This document shows, one piece after another, positions 27,875 through 40,601 of a stretch of DNA of 64,000 bases (position 1 is its first letter; the number at the start of each line of letters is the position of its first letter). Source of the DNA: the human T2T-CHM13v2.0 reference genome, Homo sapiens. A program made the translations under genes and the position numbers. The notes under the pieces were generated by a model. That model worked only from the letters and a program-made list of their open reading frames with translations, was not told where the DNA came from and ran no database searches. The stretch lies in assembly GCF_009914755.1 (NCBI RefSeq), contig NC_060927.1, one strand, 5' to 3'.

Positions 27875-29199
27875 AACTAGTTTATTCATATTAGCTTATA
27901 TTCATTTTCTGTGAACCCTTGGTTTTGAATTCTATTGGGATGACTTGATAGGTGAAACCACTTTATGTTGACAACATTTTCGAATTTGAGTCATCTCAAA
28001 TGATGACTTTATAGCATATTCATTTCTTTGACTTTTATTTCTTTGGAAATACCTACAACGCCTACACACATGTCATTGTTTAGGGCCTTACCCCATGTTC
28101 ACAATATTAGGTTGCTTCCATTTCTCTTTCTGAAGCAGAATTGTTTTTAAACAGAAACAGGTGCCTTTGACTAACAGGTTTTTTAACTTGTAAATTGGAC
28201 CAAAAGAGTAATCATAAGGGGCAGAGAGAAAATAGTAACAAAGAAGCCTCAGTTCATCCTCTTTTTCTCTTGTTTTTGATGCTGTTGTTGTTGAGGTTTT
28301 GTTATGTTTGCTGTTTTATCCTGGTTTTGGTTTTTATCCTGAGTCCTATGCTGTTCAATGCATGTCTGATATAGTATCTATACAACATGATAAACTTGTT
28401 CTGTGTTGCTAAAAATTGACTGCTTTGTTTCTAGTAAACATAGTCTTTTAAAAAATGACTGTATTTGTTTGTAAAGCGTATTATTCACCTTCCTCTTTTT
28501 ATAAACATCATGTCTACTTTGATAAGTCTCATTTTGGATGTGAGAAATATTTGACATATCCAAGTGTGGGTGTGCTGGTCTGTAGGCAGTCTCAGGAGAA
28601 CTTTGGAGATAATCGTGCCACACAATCTTTTAATTAATACAGATTACTATCCTAGGAACAATTAGGCTTGATCAGAAGGCAATATTTTGCTTTTATAGAT
28701 AACTGCATTTGCTGTTTTTTGAGGGCAGAATCTATCAAACCAAATTTTAGAAAAGATTATAAAGTTTTTCAAGGAGCATGACAAAAGAGTGGTTGACAGG
28801 TAGATGTCCATTCTGAGGAAAATAAATTCCAGGAAATCTTGAGCAAAGTGGCCTGTTCTGAAATTCCTCCTAGTGTACTGGACTAGGCACAAGGAGTTTT
28901 CTTTTCTCTAAGCTCCCCTGACATCATTCATTTGCATTTATTATTAAATGAGGTAATTATTCGATATTCCTAGCGTATATTAGAATTTATTGCATATTCA
29001 TCCACTTATGTGACAGTTATTTATTGAGCACTCTCATGTTCACTCGCAAGGGTGCAGGTGCAGAGTAGAGGAAAAGCTGTATGTCACCAGGTTCGGGATT
29101 TGCCAGGCAAATACAATCAAGGAGATGAATGTGTATGCAAGATGTGATTTAACTGGGTACCAAGAAATGCAAGCTAGCTAATTTAATATGCATGAACAA

Positions 29200-29554
29200 G
29201 AGGACATGAGGGAATTAAGGGGGGGAGGCGGAAGGTTGTAGAGTCAGTGGGTTGTAAGAACTGGTGAGTTAAATAATGGTTGGTGTTGAGGATTAGAGGA
29301 GGTGAGTTGGAAAGAAAGGCCGTGCTGGTTAGAGAGTGGTATGTTTGACACTGGGATTACAGAGAGGTTGTAGTTGATGGTAATGACAAGGACTAAGGTA
29401 TAACCATGGATTTGTGGCTGAAGTAGGGCAGAAAACAAGATCATCGGAGGAGAGTAAAGTCGGGGAATTGAGGGTACAGGGTAATGGAAAGATCCTTTAC
29501 AGGAGACTTCAAGAAAGAAGTAGTGTTGGGGACTTGATGTAAATGACCGAGAGA

Positions 29555-29619
<65 letters not shown>

Positions 29620-30100
29620 AAGAAGTATTGTTGGAGAGAGACAGAGAGCCAGCAGTGAAACTCAAGGGAGAGGATCGGAAACGATCCAGGGGTCTATAGA
29701 TGACTGTAGTTATGAGTTAGAGACTGATGCCATGAGCTTCAAAGCTGATGATGTTTCAGGAGGAGGAAGTGATCATTGTATAGAAGCAGGAATAAAAAGC
29801 AAGCAGGCAGAGAGCTCTCAGGAGACGCCTTGTTCTCTAGGGAGAGCCAGGTTTCTTTTAAGGCAAGAATGTGAAGGGAGGGTTCAGAGACGAGGCCAAG
29901 TATTTAGAAGACTTTACTAGTTTCTTAAATGAGGGAATTGCATTCCCAGAGGGTACAGTGGAAGGGGTTCAGGAACCAGCTGAGGAGTGGAAAAAAGTGG
30001 GGCCAGATTGGGCATGTTCACAGTGCGATGGGAATGGGAGTGCAGGAGAAAGAAGGATATTGGGGTTCCTGAGCCTAAGCAGGAATGGAGGGCATAATGA
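29200..30100 (-). mobile_element. L2 internal fragment with an ORF2 endonuclease relic, split by (GA)n(GT)n at ~29549-29616
   Basis: ORF 29244..29444 (-) reads HGYTLVLVIT...IPLSNQHGLSFQL, resembling the APE-type GHTLDLVIT...SDH motifs. Confidence 0.7.
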
Positions 30101-30644
30101 GATTAGTCCTGGTGGTTTGTGAAACAGGTGGTGAGGCTCTGAGTGTGGGACACAAGGATGGGTTGGGTGTCTTGCCAGAAGCAAGCAGACCTCTGGGGCT
30201 CTTCTCTTCAATGCATGGTCATTTGGAGATGGGGGGTTTGGGGGGTGAGGTCTTGTTACCCAGAGCATGAGTAGAAGGCTCCTCCTTCATTCTGCAAATA
30301 GAGATGTGGAAGCTGGGGAGGTACACCTGCTGGAGCATGACCAAGATGCATGTAAGGATGCAAGGATCACTTATTATAACAGTTCCAGGATGATGTCAAT
30401 ACTTGAGATGCAATTTAGTGTGTTACATCCATAAAAATAGTAATTAGGTTTAATTGGAGGGGGTTACATTGATTCATAATCAGTAGATAGAATTCAAATT
30501 CCAATTCATAGTTTAAAATAAGTCATTCTTTCCCTCTCCTTCCTGCCCACTCCTTGCTGTTTCCACCAAAATGTGCCTCGAAAACTGACAATGTCAGTCT
30601 TATCTGCTGAATAATTGACGTGTTCTTTTCCCTTTCCTTTACAG

Positions 30645-30854
30645 TGAAGAAAGTTACAACGTCAATGATTATTCCTTAAGAGATCAGCTATTGGTGGAAT
30701 CTTGTGACAATGAAGAGCTTAATTCTTCTCCAGGGAAGAACAGCTCCACAATGCTCTATTCAAGACAGAGCTCTGCCAGTCACCTCTTTACTCTGACAGT
30801 CCTTAGTAACCACGCGAATGAGAAAGTGGAGATGCTACTAGGAGCTGAGACGCA
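30645..30854 (+). CDS. ARHGEF26: ARHGEF26 internal coding exon (PH domain)
   Basis: Acceptor ttttccctttcctttacag|, donor CA|gtaagt. 210 nt, phase 2-2. Translates (S)EESYNVNDYSLRDQLLVESCDNEELNSSPGKNSSTMLYSRQSSASHLFTLTVLSNHANEKVEMLLGAET(Q), in frame with both neighbours. Confidence 0.93.
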
Positions 30855-31803
30855 GTAAGTATATGTGGGGAAAAGATTGGAATAGCTGATAGTATCTCCC
30901 TGACCTGATTTTCTTTGGTTTACAGACTTCCTAAAAACAGCAGCTACTATTCATGTTTTTGTTGAGCACCTACTGTTCGCTAAGCACTATGACTGGGTAA
31001 TTTTTACAGATGTTGTTCTTTTCATTGTAATCTTCTTACAGGAGAAGGATGTTGTTATTTTTTCCCTATAAGTCCTGATAGATGCACTGTGCTTTAGGTG
31101 ATGTCTTTATTTTTATAGAGTGGTTTAAAAATCATTTTACTTTTTTCATTGACAAAAATATGATACACTATCCTTAAGGAATATGACTCAACTGGTATTT
31201 TGAGTCTAGGCCATAAGCCTTCTTAGGTAATGGAATTCAGGTCGTTTCTCAGTCACCTACCTTCAACCAGAGAGCAGAAAGCCCAATGATTTCTGTCAAA
31301 AGAGCTACCCAGTTTACGGAAATATACTGATAAATCCTCTTTCTAATCCAGAGTTTATGCAAGACCAAAACAGGCGTCCTGTTGGTGCCTGCAGTTTCGC
31401 CAGCAGTTAGTGTGCACTTAGTTCTCACATTGGATGAGTGGCAGTGAGGGTTAACTTTCAAGTCCACCTTAGTGATTTTTTGGTCCACTTAAAGATGACT
31501 GACCAATGTTTTTTTTTAGAAACTGGAAACTTCCTCTTGCAATAATCATCATGGGCAGATATTATATTGGGTCAGAGAGTGGAACAGTGGAGGGAAAGGA
31601 GAAGTTCCCTAATTCTTTGTCCTCTCAGATTCCTGCCTCCAACTCCATGTCTGCCAGGGTTCCTAAATGGTGTGGTTAAAATGGATCAGCAGCTGATGAA
31701 TAACAACCCTAAAATTGTAGCAAGATCTTAGAGAAAGTGATCCCAAAGAGGTATCTTCACCTTAAGACTGATTTTAACAGTGTTCCTAGATGATTAACGA
31801 GAA

Positions 31804-32283
31804 TATTCAAGAAAAGTTATTGAAGGACACTTGCTAAAGCGCAGTAAGCTTCGCAGCCTTTATGCAAGGTCATCTTAACAGGCGTAAGGACCATTGCAGC
31901 AACGTCTCCAGTAGGGGAGAGAGATTGGGCTCAACTTCCAACACAGCATGGGCAAGTGGGAATTCATAGCCATAGGGCAGGATGGAGGTCAGTGGATGGA
32001 AACTTACTGAGAGGAAATATCAGAGATAAGGGCTATTCTGGCTAAACTAACCAAACAGGATTCTTGCTGAAGACAGGCCAGGGTAATTAGACATCATAAC
32101 CTCTGGAATGATGGAGAATAATGAATCTTATCAGATATTGAGGATGGGGTAGGGGATATTCTTGCCAAATTGACTTAGTAGGGTTCTTTGCTAAAACTGG
32201 ATTTTACGAAGAACTGTACAGATGAGCCTAGGAGAAGGTACAGAAATCTAACTGAAGTTTGGCCAAGCCAAGAATCTTTGTCA
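31804..32283 (-). mobile_element. MER31-family ERV1 solo LTR
   Basis: Reverse complement begins tgacaaagattcttggcttggccaaacttcag...ttctcctagg...taaaatccagttttagcaaagaaccc. Confidence 0.7.
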
Positions 32284-32457
32284 AGAGACATAAGAAAAAT
32301 GTGAAAATTACAAGGCACCCACATAAAATGTCAAATTATTTCATATCTTTTGGCACTAGAAGTAGCATTTCACAGGCTAGAGAAAAAACCAAGGACAGGT
32401 TGGTGAAAGCTGTAGCATATTCCAAATGAGCTGGAGAGTTCACCAAGGTAATGAAAA

Positions 32458-33094
32458 AAGAAATATATTTCATAAGGCTACAGCTACCATAGACAGTGGT
32501 TCCTCTGATGGATCTGGGCAAAGTAAATTAAAAGCCTTCTGGAAAAGATTCACCATCGTAGATGTCATTAAAAACATTCATAATTTCATGGGAGGAGATC
32601 AACATATCAACATGAACAGGAGTTGGGAAAAGTTGATTCCAACTCTCATGGATGACTTTGAGGGGTTCAAGACTTCAGCGGAGGAAGCAACTGCAGATGC
32701 AATGGAAATAGCGAGAGAACTAGATTTAGAAATGGAGACTGAAGATGCAACTGAATTGCTGCAATCTCATAATAAAACTTGAACAAATGAGGAGTTGCTT
32801 CTTCAGGATGAGCAAAGAAAGTGAAGTTGCTGTGAGCATTGTGGAAATGACAACAAAGGATTTAGAATATTCCGTAAACTGAATTGATAAAGCAGTGGCA
32901 AAGTTTGAGACGATTGACTCCAATTTTGCAAGAAGTTCTGCAGAGGATAAAATACTATCAAACAGCATTGCATGCTATACAGAAATCTTTCATGAATGAA
33001 AGAGTCAATTGATGCAGCAAACTTCACTGTGGTCTTAAGAAACGGCCACAGCCACCCAAACCTTCAGCAACCATCACCCTAGTCAGCAGCCATC
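32458..33094 (+). mobile_element. Tigger1 (pogo-like) transposase 3' fragment
   Basis: ORF 32426..32782 reads [24 protein letters not shown]...[27 protein letters not shown], the Tigger1 transposase C-terminus. Confidence 0.9.
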
Positions 33095-35267
33095 AAAAAA
33101 AAAAGGGAGCTTCATCTTCATGTGTTTGTTTACAAAACAAACAAATGCCTTTCTCTGAGATCCCAGAGTTCTTCCCCTAAAGGTGCTGAAAAGCGCTGAT
33201 GGCATTCCAAGCATGCCCCTCTGTGTTTGCGGCTGTGGGGAGGTGAGCTTGGGTGGGCGTGTGCTTGCTGATCTGTGAGGTGACCAGCAAGTGACACACC
33301 CAAGACCAGGGTCAAGGGGAGGCATTACTTGAACTCCAAAAGTGGTTTAAACCTCTTGGCCAGTGAGGACAAACTAGACTTCCTTTGTGTGGGGAAACTT
33401 CTCCTCAAAACAGAATTTTTAGTATGCCTGTGCTTTGGATTTTATATGACTTTAAGGATGAGAATGACTTTAACACTTTGGAAATCAGTAATTTTCCAGT
33501 GTTCCAGAGAATTCTCAGAAACTAGAGACTTCCCTTTCCCCGTATAGTTAGTAATGGTGAAAGTGTTGCTGGTTTTGCCTTGTGTTTTCCTTTTCTTTGG
33601 TTTACAAGGATTGTTTGTTCTTTATTCAGGCCTTGCCAACATCTCAACAGAGATTTTCCTGACTGTCTCATTCATAATTTATGTAGTCTCCACCACTCAT
33701 TTCTGAGATGATTCCAAGAGAGTAGGAGGTGAACTGACATGTCCAGCTTATTTCACGCCAAGGCTAGATCCTTTCCTGGGACATTCTGTAGCATTTGTTC
33801 CATCCTTTTGCCTTTTAATCTTGCCAAAGACTGAATGGTTGTTCGTTTCCTCAATCAGACATGTTCTCAGAATATTTAGTCATGTCACTTGGAAACCCAT
33901 AGGTCTGACTCATATTTGTAGTTATTTAATTAATAGCAAGAGAACATTCCAGAAGGGGCATGGGACAGAGGTCTCCTTGGGTACAGAGGGAGTGACTCTC
34001 TCATTCTCTTTGCTCTCCCCACCCCCACCCTCAATTACAGTTGAGAAGTAAATAAATGGACATGCTTTCAAGACATAAAATAGTATTGGTGTTGAAAAAA
34101 TATATTTAACAAGTAAAGACGCACTTTCCTTAAAAATAAAAAAGACTATTAAAAAACCTGGCAAATTGTTACATGCCATGTTTGCAAATATGCAGGTTAG
34201 CTTTGGGCTACCGAGTTTTGAGCAATTAGAGTTTTGATATGCATAGAATGTGTTATTTTCTTCCAACATTTGTGAAATGCATCAATAAGTATATATTGTT
34301 TAGGTTTTCTTTCTTTTATGTCTTTTTGGTTAATATGGTTCATTGGCAATCTAGTTGAAAAAACAAGGTTTGCACTACCATTCTAGCCTTAAGTAATTGA
34401 AGAACTTAGAGTCAGGTATATAATTTCACTACTTACTCTTTGACCTGAAAAATAATGAATTTTACACCTAAATCTTTACTTTCTTTGAAAAACTGTTGTC
34501 ACTAAAGGCCACCTGAGGATATACAACATGTAAAATCAGCAGTAGGAGGGGTGCAGCTGTTTGGCACAAGGACAATTCAACTTCATAAGACAGTGAAATT
34601 GTGGAAGAAAAATCAATGGCTTTGATTACGTAAAGAATGCAGAAATGCTCACCAAAAGGAGTTGGGGCAAACAGTGAGCATCTGGGATATGCCAGGCACT
34701 GAGCCAGCTATAGAACATGACGAAGGGACCCATGGGTGTTTCTAGAGGAGGACAGAATTTTGAGCTGAAGAAAGCATATAGGGAAGTGATCAGACATCTT
34801 GGTTTTCCCAGAATCAGTTGTTCAAGTTTGGGTCCGTTGTCCTGGTGAAATTATGAATGATACTCTTTTTGACTCTCAAAAGGTCCTCGTTTATACAATG
34901 AAATATATGGTGACCCTAATTATATATAATTATAATATTACATAAAACAAAATATTATCAATAACAAATTATAAATATATACACATATTTATAATTATAT
35001 ACATGGTCCAACTCTCTCATTTTCTTCCCCCATGTGAAGTGACTCACAAAGGCCATACAGGAAGTGAGTTATTGCCAAAGCTGGAACTAGAATCTGGCCT
35101 TCCTGACAGTCTAGCAGTCTTTCTAGTAACAAATTTTATTCTTTTTACGGAGAAGCTGCCAACCAGTAGGCTGTTCCACCCCCACTTTGCTGCTCAGTTT
35201 GGCTTGTTCTGGATTTGGAAGGAAACCTCCAGGAAGTCAGTCGCTATTAACTGTGAGAAACTACTAA

Positions 35268-35603
<336 letters not shown>

Positions 35604-35729
35604 TCAATCCGTAGGCTTTAAAAAGGAAAAAAGATTGTGGAAACCTAGATGTTAAATTTAGGATATCATATGGGTTAGAATATTTTATGATAAAATGCTA
35701 AATAGATATTGCATCCCCAAAATTATTTT

Positions 35730-37870
35730 CCATGTTAAACTTCCTTTTTTGTTCCTTTGCCTGTGTTTTTCATACTTCCTGGAATGCCCTCTTCAGGCCT
35801 CCTCAGATGGCCAGATGGCTCCTCTTAGGGCCCATGTCAAGCCTTTCCTCTGCTGAGGAGCCTCTCAGTACTGCACACTGCAGTCTCATCTTGAGAATGC
35901 CCAGTGCTCGCTGTGTGTGCCACTCATTAGTTCACTTTTCCCCTCATGTTTTCTGTCTCACCCACCCTCCACTGTATGACTCCAAACTCCCAGCCTCCTG
36001 CTACATCCTTCCTTTCCTTTACAGAACTTCTCAAGAGAGTGGCCTTCATTTCTCCAGATTAATTCAGTGGATTTTTGTCAGGCACCTACTTCCCATCAAG
36101 TGTTATTCTCAGTGCTGGGATGTAGCAGTGAACCATACGGAGATCAGATCTCTGCTCTTAGGCTTATATCCAAGTGAAGAACCGATCCCCTTGGGCTTCC
36201 TGCTCTTAGGAAGGGTGACTTTGGATGGAAGGGAGCTTTGGCCAGTCTGCCTGGGCAAATGGTCTGCAATGAGCTAGGATGATGGGAAAGTATTTCTTCA
36301 TGATCCAGTTAAAAATAAAGGATCATTTCAGGTAGTGGTAAGTGCAGTGAAGACCCTAAAGCTGGTGATGTGATCCGGAGTGAGTGCTAATTGGGGGGTG
36401 GTGAGGATAGGTACTCTAACTTAGGTGGTGCAGAAAGACCTCTCTTAAGAGGTGATATTTGAGCCTTGAGTGAAAAGGAGGAGTCAACCCTTAGGAAAAT
36501 GCAGAGTCAGAATGTTTCAGCCAAAGGGAACAGCAGGTGCAAAACCTCTAAGGAAACGAATTTAGTGTTCTCAAACTTGGCTTGAACATGGAGAATGTGG
36601 CTGGAGCAGAATAAACCAGGGAGAGGGGTGGCAGTCAATGGGCAACAAAGTCCAGTTTGTCTTCAGAGCTACCCCAGTGCTGTCTGTGGGCCATCAGTCC
36701 TCAAGTAGTTACCAGCCTGGTATGTAGGAAGCAGTTTGACATTTCTGAGGCATCAAAACTTGTGATTATTTTAACAATTAATTTATTTTTACTGTATTTC
36801 TAAAAATGCTTGGTCTGCAATGGATTCAAGGGGTGGAGACTGGTTCTCTACCAGAGATATCTCGAGAAACACTGATTTAGAACCACATAAGCCATAGCAG
36901 GAAGTTCCAGGAACAACAGGGGCCCTGGGGACAGAAGTTTCAGTGGGGCAAACAATAAGAACCCTAACCCTAATCCTGTTGGAGTAGTCGAGGGGAGTCC
37001 CGATGTTGGCTTGGACCGTGATATGTAGGAGGAGATAGAAATGTTATATTTTGGAGACAAAAACAACAGGACCAACTGATGGATTGGATGAGTTGAGGTG
37101 GCAGTAAGTGGAAGAGAGGAATCGATGATATTTAGATTTTTGGCGTGAGCTGCTGGCGTGAGCTGCTAGCTTGAGTTGTTTCTTAATCAAGGTAGGGGTA
37201 CGTGCAGTGAGTTGTTAGCTAGTTGAGTTGTTTCTTAATCAACCTTGGCGTGACTTCTTCCTCTGGCACCCTGTTGAGGCCTCTCCATCAGATTAACAGG
37301 CTTCCTAGTTTCACACCCAGCAGTCCAATCTTCCTTTCTTTACCTCTAGTATCATTTAGTTTTATTGACCATCCAGCTCTTTCATGCTAACCCTTTTTTT
37401 GAGATTATGTTTTTCTCAGCCTCTTATCTATGCTCTTAGTTTGCCTCTCACACCTATGACCATTCCTCTTCTCTGTCTCTTCAGAAATGCAGCCTGTCCA
37501 AAACCAAACATCAACACTGCCCGTGGCTTTCCCCGACACACACATTTCTGTAAGTGGTACTATTGACACTCTTTTGCGTTATCCAGTCTGGAGACTTGGT
37601 GCTGTTTTTGATGCTTCTGTGTCAGAACAGATCCATCACCTGCCAGTTCTTCCTGTGTAAAAGTCTATTTCATCTTTCCCCATCTTTCCATTCCACTGCC
37701 TCCTTCCTAGGTCAACCACATGGCTTTTGAACTACCCCAATGGCCTCCTAGCCATTCTCCTCTCCCATCAATACAGTAGTTTTATCACTAATCCCTAAGC
37801 TCAGCTCTAGTTTTGTCCTTTCCTTGCTTTGTACATAGCGAGTAGGTTCCCAATAAATATTTTTGGGATT
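35730..37870. mobile_element. Cluster of L2 relics in alternating orientation
   Basis: L2-like motifs such as gaggtgatatttgagc, ccagtctggagacttgg and agtaggttcccaataaatattt. Confidence 0.5.
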
Positions 37871-40313
37871 GACCCATAATTATTATAACTAGCTTTTCTC
37901 TATCTGAGACAAGGTAGAAGAGTAACCAGGTGTGGAGAAAAACTGCTTCCTGTCTCTATTTACTGCCCTTTTTGTTACTGCTGGAGCAGGTTTTTCCCAA
38001 ATTTTACTTGTTTTTCAATTTTTTGCTATTAAGGATTCAGTCAAATGTTTTTTAGGATGTACGTCGAAGTCATGTATACTGTGTTATATCTGTTTGTCCA
38101 TGACAGGCCCTAAGTCATGGTATCGTCAATGAGACAATACTCTGTGAAAAATACAGAAGTCTACCCTTTATAAAAGGACAAAGGAAGAATGTTTTACCAC
38201 TGTCATTCTTTTTTCCCTCTGGGCCTTTCAAGAGGAATGTGGGAGCCAGAGAGCCCCCTTTGTCTGCCTTCATTAAAATGAAGCACAGACAGCTGCAGCT
38301 GGCACACACAACAGGCTGTGGCAAGTGGAGTCCTTGGCTTCCTGCATTTGCAGTAAAATTTAGATGTCATTTGGGTGTAGTGTATACCGTCATGAAACAT
38401 CTAGGACATGTTCAGTGATGAACACAAACTTTCCTCACTCATTATATGTCAGTTATAGGATATGATGACCTTAGCCCATAATCAAATATCCTTCTCAAAA
38501 TTTCTCCCTCACAGAGCTAGAAGCATAATCAATGTGGTTGGTGCTGTCAACCATCCAGACACCAATTCCTGGGCCTCCTGATAAAGGGGCATTGTTTGCA
38601 GGGAGTCTTTGAGCTTTTCCTGCTTCTGTTAATGATTTAATTAACAACAGGAAGTACATGGAATGGAATAAAATTGTAAATAGTATCTCTGACATAGTCA
38701 TATACTTCATCCTTTTAGAAAAATCACAACATAAAGACAGTATACATGGAAACATTTTATTTATTGTAGGGTATAGCATTTTTTTCCTTGTTAAATCTAA
38801 ATTCTAAGTCCAGTCATAATCTTACATTTATCTAGTGCCTGTCAAAGGATCTGATCTTAATGTGGTCCTCATCACCAACCCCAATAGGACAAGAGGTCTT
38901 TTATCAGCAGGAAAACATCATTGACCCGCTTCAGGTTAACTGAAGGACTCTGGACCAGATTTTTTAGGTCTGAGCTAATGTAATATGATAAACAAGAAAT
39001 AATTGATTTAACTATATAGCATGTGACAAAAATCTAAATTTTAGAACTCTTAGTGGGCTAGGGATATTATTTTGCTTCAGTTAGATTTTTTAAAATTTGG
39101 CAAATTGAACTGATATCTAGTTTTTTAAGGCCTGGTCTCAGCATTTTTAATGACTTTTTTTCACGCTATGGGGCTTTCTTTCATGGATCAGTTTTCTGAA
39201 CTAATCTAGTTGAATTGAGTTTGTGAGGGAATGAACAGAAACAACTATCTTCACAATCCTATTCTTTACAAAGGTTCGAAGGACTTTAGAGAAATCAAAA
39301 GGAACCACAGGTAAATGTGTAGGCTGTAAAAAGAAACACAAAAGGTAACTGGTCAAATGCCACTTTGGGAGGGATAAAAGGAAGGTTAAAGAGCAACTAA
39401 GGGCTATTTTTTTCTATTGAGAAATCAGAAAACCCTGTTAGTGATGGAGTCCTCAGCCAATGTTCTGTTCTGTGCAGCCTCACCTGCAGCCCTGTCTCTG
39501 TGATTTCAAAGCCTACTTCCTACTTTCTCAGTATGTATCTATGTTTTGTAGCTGATGCCTGGTATTCCATAAGAAGTGAGACTTTGCTGTATCTTTGACC
39601 TTCATGCAATTAAGTTAAACCTACTGTGCATAATGAATTATATGAGAGACAGGACAAGGTGCTACCATAGCTGATAGGAAACTGTAGAAACATCATTTCA
39701 TGCCATGCATGGAGAACTTGAGGGTTATGAAAAGACTACATTTATAGACATTTAAGTTAAAAGAGTCTCTTTTCAATTTAGTCGTCTTTCTCTACGTAGG
39801 TCAAATGTTTTGGTAGAGTGTTCCATTTCAGCACACTGCATGCTGTATTGGATTTTGTGAGTGTTTTCTGCTCTGTGTGTTCCCTCATACTGAGGGCGGT
39901 AAAAAGCAAGGGACTCCAGTGTATTTGCTGTGCACCTCTCCAAGCTAGCCCAGGGCCTGTGCAAAGTGAATGTGGGTAGAGGAAGGAGTGGTAAGGCGAG
40001 TCTTCAAAGTTGATATGCCACAGATGGGATTCAGTGCAGCATTGCTTACTCTTGTCACTTTGTGCAAAGGGAAAAGTCTGTGAACTGGCTGTGTGGTAGA
40101 TTGTGAATTCATCTCAATTGTTTTATATCGATACGTCCCTGGAGAAAATAGATGTCTGTGAGTGAGCCCTAGACTTCATGTCTAAATTTAATCGTGGGTA
40201 AGTCTATGCCCTGGTTTTTCCTGTCCCTAGAATCCATCTTATAACAACTTAGTTCCTGCTTTAGAGATGTAGTACTTTCTGCTTCATAGCTGGGGGAGCT
40301 CCTTAGCAGGCTC

Positions 40314-40601
40314 TTTTTTTTTGAGACGGAGTTTTGCTCTTGTCGCCTAGGCTGGAGTGCAATGGTGCACTCTTGGCTCACCGCAACCTCCGCCTCCCAG
40401 GTTGAAGCAATTCTCTGCCTCAGCCTCCTGAGTAGCTGGGATTACAGGCGTGCACCACCACGCCCAGCTAATTTTGTATTTTTAGCAGAGATGGGGTTTC
40501 TCCATGTTGGTCAGGCTGGTCTCGAACTCCTGACCTCAGGTGATCCCTGCCTCGGCCTCCAAAAGTGCTGGGATTACAAGTGTGAGCCGCCCCGCCCGGC
40601 C
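40314..40601 (-). mobile_element. Alu (AluSp/Sq-like)
   Basis: Degenerate TSD cttagcaggctctt / cttggcagactctt. Confidence 0.93.

Noticed and set aside
32426-33104. Domesticated Tigger transposase gene, or a retroposed Tigger1 ending in A10
   Set aside because: Only a C-terminal fragment with stops and deletions is present, with no convincing TSD and no clear poly(A) signal before the A-run.
35732-36277. 181-aa plus-strand ORF
   Set aside because: No recognisable domain, overlaps L2-like relics, and has no splice signals fitting the ARHGEF26 frame.
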